DNA from: a candidate division FCPU426 bacterium
GTDB lineage: Bacteria > Oederibacteriota > Muellerivitia > Muellerivitales > Muellerivitaceae
Assembly (NCBI GenBank): GCA_963830915.1
Contig: CAWHOE010000006.1
Coordinates: forward strand, 192,001-256,000
Direction: 5' to 3'
DNA length: 64,000 nucleotides
Position numbers and translations under genes: made by a program. A model generated the notes under the pieces. The model did no database searches and was not told the origin of the DNA. It saw nothing but the letters and a program-made list of their open reading frames with translations. Positions 59,515 to 64,000 of the stretch are shown piece after piece. Each line of letters begins with the position of its first letter. The first letter of the stretch is position 1.

Positions 59515-60276
59515 TCAAATACCGAAAATCACGCCGATTTGGATGGGGATCAGGATCAGGGGGCTATCGCTGGCGGACGAATAGGCGAAACCGGAGGATG
59601 TTAAATCCACGACCACTTTGCCTTGCAGGAATACCTTGAACCCTTCGGCCGCCTTGAGATCGATACCGGCCCCGCCCACCGCCATGAGGTCCACCTCATA
59701 ACTGGAGATGGGCAAATAATAATCACCGTAATCATCATAGACCACCGCTGTATTGCTTCTCGTCTCGTTATAGGCGACGCCTGGCCCCGCGAAGAGATAA
59801 GGGCTCACTCCCGATGAGGTCAGGTTGACTTTGGCCAGGAGCGCGGCATCGATCAGGTTGAAATTTTCCCCGCCCGTTAAAGCGTCATTCTTACTGTTGA
59901 ACGGCTCGATGTTCACCATCAACCAACCCGAGAATAGGTCGGTGAACTGATATCCTTCGCCCAGGTCCAGGCTGAAACCGGTCGCGTACGCCCTTTGAAA
60001 ATGGCTGCTGAGCGGAATGGATGCCCCAAGCCCAGTCAGGGTTTCCCAACGGGACTTTTCAGGCTTTTTAGGCTCTTGGTAAGTGGGCAAAGAAGCCTTG
60101 CTTGGCGCCCACTCAGGGGCAACCATGGCGGTCGGGGAGGGTGATGGGGTCGATAAGGCGGGCACAACCGTGGGGGTGGATGTACCCGTGGGCGTTATCG
60201 TGAAGGGTTCTCCATAGGCTTTCGAGAAAAGGAGAATTAAAAGCAGGATGACCGATAAGGACTGTTTAGGTTTCAT
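59515..60276 (-). CDS. Small outer-membrane beta-barrel protein with a Pro/Thr-rich N-terminus
   Basis: Start MKPKQS at 60276; signal peptide; SPYLFAGPG and GGAGIDL strands. Confidence 0.65.
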   Translation of the reverse strand: MKPKQSLSVILLLILLFSKAYGEPFTITPTGTSTPTVVPALSTPSPSPTAMVAPEWAPSKASLPTYQEPKKPEKSRWETLTGLGASIPLSSHFQRAYATGFSLDLGEGYQFTDLFSGWLMVNIEPFNSKNDALTGGENFNLIDAALLAKVNLTSSGVSPYLFAGPGVAYNETRSNTAVVYDDYGDYYLPISSYEVDLMAVGGAGIDLKAAEGFKVFLQGKVVVDLTSSGFAYSSASDSPLILIPIQIGVIFGI

Positions 60277-60569
60277 TGTCCGTTCGACGGTTGAGTGTCC
60301 CAAGGGGTGATGGCAGCCTCTTCTTTTTTCTGCTTCTCCATCTCTTCCTTTTGTTTCTTTTCCATTTGCTGAAGGATGATCTCTTTTTTATAGGGAGGGA
60401 CTTTGCCCGCGCTTTTGCAGTAAGGACAAGGGATCTCGATGATCCCCACCTGGACGAAACCTTTGCCGTTGCAATAAGGGCAAGTGACTTCCTGGAGATA
60501 CGGCAAAACCCCCAGCCAGAAGAACAACAACATACCGACAATGAGAGCCCCAACAATGTATCGGAACAT
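60273..60569 (-). CDS. Small membrane protein with a DnaJ-type zinc finger
   Basis: N-terminal TM; CPYCNGKG...CPYCKSAG. Confidence 0.65.
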   Translation of the reverse strand: MFRYIVGALIVGMLLFFWLGVLPYLQEVTCPYCNGKGFVQVGIIEIPCPYCKSAGKVPPYKKEIILQQMEKKQKEEMEKQKKEEAAITPWDTQPSNGQ

Positions 60570-60603
60570 AGGTCCCTTTCAGCGCCGTGGATTTAACCTG
60601 ATT

Positions 60604-62094
60604 TTATTTCGTCACCCTGGCGAAATCAATGAAACCCTTTTCCACATTCACCGTAATTAGCTTCACGCGAACCCGATCTCCCACATCCAGGCCATGCCCG
60701 CCTTGGGCCAGATAACCCTCCACCGGCGGCTGAAGGACACGCACCCAGGTTCCCTTTTCAGAGGCTCCGGTGATGATGGCGTCGAAGAATTGGCCGATGC
60801 GGGATGAAAGGAAGGCCGCGCTGGCTGATTTACGCATCTGCCTTTCCACCTTTTCCGACGCGTTCTCCTGACCGGTACAATGCTTGGCGAGCATGGATAG
60901 TTCGTCCAGGCTGTAGGCGGGCGATTGGTTCTCCAGGGCCGTTTTCAATAACCTCATGGTCATCAAGTCCGGATAACGGCGGTTAGGCGCGGTGGAATGA
61001 TTGTAGTCCTTGACCGCCAGGCCGAAATGTCCGGTAGGTTCCTGACCAGGAACATCCAAAACATACTCGCCTCGACCCATGAGTTTTACGATGGTCAGGG
61101 ACAGGTCAGGGAAATGGACCGGGTCCTTGGCTTTCTGACCGGTCAGGAACGCTCCTAGAGCCTTGGAATCCGGTTCTTCCGGCAATTTTGTCCCCAGACT
61201 TTTGGCGACTTCCACGATACGAGGCCATCGCTCGGGCGTTTTGACCACCCTTCTAATGGTGGGGAAACCCTTGCCGGTCAAGAACCTCGCGGTCACTCCG
61301 TTTGCGGCCACCATGAGGTCTTCGATCAACTCCCCCGCCCTGTTCTGGATCTCCGGTTTCAAGTCCACGACCACCCCGTCCTGGGTAACTGCCCTCGTCT
61401 GCAAAGACTGGAAATCGAGCGCCCCATGGTCATATCGGCGTTTTCGCATCCTTTGAGCCGCCTCGTCCTGGGTCTTGAGCTGTTCATCCATCCCCTTCAC
61501 CCTGGCCGCCGCCGCGGGAAGAGGTCCTTTGTTATCGAGCCAGGCGGCCACCCCGTTATAAGTGAGCTTGGCTTTATTTTTCACCCTAGCCCGGTAAACC
61601 GAGGTATCCCCCACTTTCCCATCCTGGTCCACGATCATCTCGATGATCACCGCCCCCCTTTCCTCGTTCTCCGAAAGGGAGGTCAGGTCGGTGGAAAGCC
61701 TCTCGGGAAGCATGGGGAATGTTTTGACGCCTGTGTAAACTGAGGTCGTGTTCTTTTGGGCGTGCGTATCGATCGCGGTCCGGTTTTTGACCAGGGCGTC
61801 CACGTCCGCCACCCCCACATAGAGTCGGGTTTTACCGCCATCCAAACGCTCGGAAGCGGAGATCTGGTCCAGGTCCCGGGAATCATCGTTGTCGATGGAA
61901 CACCAAAGCAAACCCGTCAGATCCTTGAGTTGGTCCAATTCGGTCCGCGCCAATGGTTGGATGCCTTCCAGCTGTTTAAGAACTTCTGGCGGAAAGTTAG
62001 GTTCCAAACCATTGGCCACCATGGCCTCATCGGCGATCTGAGCGAGCGTTTTTTTGTTCTGAGGATGGGAGTCCATAGGGTTCCTTTGGATCAT
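60604..62094 (-). CDS. RNB-domain exoribonuclease (RNase II/R family, short form with C-terminal S1)
   Basis: SIDNDDSRDLDQ, LIEDLMVAAN, GHFGLA..YNHSTAPNRRYPDL. Confidence 0.92.
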   Translation of the reverse strand: MIQRNPMDSHPQNKKTLAQIADEAMVANGLEPNFPPEVLKQLEGIQPLARTELDQLKDLTGLLWCSIDNDDSRDLDQISASERLDGGKTRLYVGVADVDALVKNRTAIDTHAQKNTTSVYTGVKTFPMLPERLSTDLTSLSENEERGAVIIEMIVDQDGKVGDTSVYRARVKNKAKLTYNGVAAWLDNKGPLPAAAARVKGMDEQLKTQDEAAQRMRKRRYDHGALDFQSLQTRAVTQDGVVVDLKPEIQNRAGELIEDLMVAANGVTARFLTGKGFPTIRRVVKTPERWPRIVEVAKSLGTKLPEEPDSKALGAFLTGQKAKDPVHFPDLSLTIVKLMGRGEYVLDVPGQEPTGHFGLAVKDYNHSTAPNRRYPDLMTMRLLKTALENQSPAYSLDELSMLAKHCTGQENASEKVERQMRKSASAAFLSSRIGQFFDAIITGASEKGTWVRVLQPPVEGYLAQGGHGLDVGDRVRVKLITVNVEKGFIDFARVTK

Positions 62095-62168
62095 TCAAGC
62101 GTCGGGATATCCATCAGGATAACGTGAAGCGGCTTGAACGAATAGTCATAAAGGCTTGGCCGCGCAAT

Positions 62169-62199
62169 AAAAAAGGGCCGGGAGATGAACCCGGCCCTT
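62169..62199 (-). terminator. Intrinsic terminator after the DUF4139 gene
   Basis: Minus strand AAGGGCCGGGTTCATCTCCCGGCCCTTTTTT. Confidence 0.85.
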
Positions 62200-62212
62200 G
62201 TCATGACCTCTT

Positions 62213-63922
62213 TTATTCCAATCCGCTGACCTGGCTCCCCTCAGGGAACTTGACTTTATAGGAAAAGTCGACCTTTCCCTTTTGCTTCGGGGCCAGTTCC
62301 AACTGCCAGCGCAGGAGTCCCGGTTTGGCCGGATCTTCCGCCATCGCCTTCGGCTTCATGTCGCCCGCCGTCACCTCGATAGTTTGCTGGCGGGACCTGG
62401 GAAGCTGTTCCCGCACCTCTACTTTGACCGTTGACTCATGATAGTTCGACACTGTGGTCATCCAACGGTAGCGGCGTTCTCCCTTGTGGAAGTCGAAGAA
62501 ACCGCCGGTCCCTGTCTCGACCTTCATAGCTTTTCTTTCCACGCGAACCTGGTCATCTTGCCCGAACCCCAGGTCGAAGGATTCTCCGGGAGCCTTGGAT
62601 TCCAGGCTGGTCGTACCCACAAAATCCCCGTCTCGGAACAATTGAGCCTGTCCCGCAAGAAGGGCCTGCTCACCTTCGTAAGTGACCTTAGCTTCCAGGT
62701 AGGCGGCCTGGGATAACCTGGGCACCGCCGCCAGCTTGAGGTCGACCTTGCTTTGGTTCTCCGATATCCCGACCCGATGGTCGGACCCGTCCGAAGGAAC
62801 ATCCCTGGTAATCGGAATTTTGAAGGACATGGCATATTCGGAACGGACTGTTTCCGCGGTGACTACATCAGCCGGAGCTTGTTCCTCTTCCTTGTCATCA
62901 GCTGAACCGTCAACAGCTCCATTGGGCATTGGGGCAGCCGCCTGGTAATTCATAGAAAGGTTTGCCCCAAATGACATGGTTTTTTTGAACCGCGTTACCT
63001 CTGCCTGGAGAAAATCCACCCACCAGTTGGTTGGGTCGGGAACCTGGGTCCCCTCGGTTGGCCTGGCGGTGGATAAGGTCAGCAGTACATTATGCCAATC
63101 CTCCCCCGTCTTCTGACGAACCCCCGCGTTGAATACCATGTCCATTTTGGGTTGTATCCCCTCGGTAGTAAGCCTTAGGTCATAAAGCGGCACCCAGGAC
63201 GCGTCCGGGACCTGGTAAGTCAGGGTGTAATGGGCGGTCCCATCCACCGGCAATTCCAGATCGGCCTCAGCCGCTTGCTTATCCGTCGCTGAGGACCCTC
63301 CCTGGGCTAGATCCTCGTTCAACGCGTTGATCTTGTTGGCCAGGTCCCTCATGACCCTCTCATCCTTTCGGTTAGAGGCCAACAAACTGGCGATCCTGGT
63401 CCCCACCGCGCCTGCCGACTTGGTGAAATCCACGATGGTCCCTGGATGGGTGGTCGCGGTGACCGTGCTTTCCTTGCCCAGATTCTTCAATATCTCCATT
63501 TCGGACTTTCGAGCGTCGATCTTATCCGTCAGATCCATTTTCTGGTCCTGTAGGGCCTGGATACGGTCTTTCAAAAGCCTGGTCCTGGCCTCCACGACTT
63601 CGGGGGTGTATTCCTTCCTCAACGAGACCCCATAAAGCTTGGTACCTTTCGGCCCATCGACCGTCAATCGAAGGGAAGATTCGATCACTGAGGAGGGTAG
63701 GTCAGGAAAAACCACCTGATGGGTTCCCGCGGTAAGCTCCTGGGTTCCTTCCCGGGTCACCCTGGCCCCCGAGGGGAAAACCGTGACTTGTTTGGGAGTC
63801 GTGATGGCCGTTTCCCCGGCGAATACCAGGGGAGCCACCACCATCACGAACAAAAACAGCAATAACCAGGCCAATCCCTGGCCCTTATTAGCCCTGATTC
63901 CCTTCTTTGATACCGTAGCCAT
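62213..63922 (-). CDS. DUF4139/DUF4140 (MuiA-like) secreted protein
   Basis: Start MATVSK at 63922 (GGAGGTG RBS); VTVFPSGARVTR; ASWVPLYDLR; QKTGEDW..V.LTLST; LGFGQD. Confidence 0.88.
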   Translation of the reverse strand: MATVSKKGIRANKGQGLAWLLLFLFVMVVAPLVFAGETAITTPKQVTVFPSGARVTREGTQELTAGTHQVVFPDLPSSVIESSLRLTVDGPKGTKLYGVSLRKEYTPEVVEARTRLLKDRIQALQDQKMDLTDKIDARKSEMEILKNLGKESTVTATTHPGTIVDFTKSAGAVGTRIASLLASNRKDERVMRDLANKINALNEDLAQGGSSATDKQAAEADLELPVDGTAHYTLTYQVPDASWVPLYDLRLTTEGIQPKMDMVFNAGVRQKTGEDWHNVLLTLSTARPTEGTQVPDPTNWWVDFLQAEVTRFKKTMSFGANLSMNYQAAAPMPNGAVDGSADDKEEEQAPADVVTAETVRSEYAMSFKIPITRDVPSDGSDHRVGISENQSKVDLKLAAVPRLSQAAYLEAKVTYEGEQALLAGQAQLFRDGDFVGTTSLESKAPGESFDLGFGQDDQVRVERKAMKVETGTGGFFDFHKGERRYRWMTTVSNYHESTVKVEVREQLPRSRQQTIEVTAGDMKPKAMAEDPAKPGLLRWQLELAPKQKGKVDFSYKVKFPEGSQVSGLE

Positions 63923-64000
63923 AAAACACCTCCGCTTGGATTTCGACCTTCCCCTGTAAGACACAGGCCGGGCCAAAAGGTTCCCAAGTTTTTAAAAAAG

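Overview
64 kb of chromosome from a diderm (outer-membrane-bearing) bacterium. Most genes are on the - strand. I found no rRNA, tRNA, CRISPR array or transposase. Housekeeping genes: partial ispG, sucC-sucD, rseP-dxr, lepA-lepB-hemW-hrcA-grpE-dnaK, suhB, sfsA, dinB and an RNB-family nuclease. The accessory content points to polysaccharide degradation. (i) Two large secreted clan GH-A glycoside hydrolases (one clearly GH5) each carry a CBM11/CIA30-like module, Thr/Pro linkers and a shared T9SS-like C-terminal domain. (ii) A six-gene operon (20279-30120) encodes three related SLH + Pro-rich + coiled-coil + large beta-barrel outer-membrane proteins and three lipoproteins carrying the same CBM-like module as the enzymes. 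(iii) A LacI repressor lies nearby, and a palindrome of the type AAGCGCTTTC recurs upstream of the GH5 gene, the barrel operon, lacI itself and an NHL lipoprotein. Together these are the best candidate for an undescribed, SusC/SusD-independent glycan capture and uptake system; this is inference. Other oddities: RlmD fused to a membrane anchor and a glycoside-hydrolase-like domain; twin pilins behind a sigma54 promoter and a PilS/PilR-like pair; a 53-bp intergenic tandem repeat; a perfect class-II CRP-type site before a YceI-porin-SRPBCC operon; and two homopolymer frameshifts. Family assignments come from motif recognition by eye; no database searches were run.
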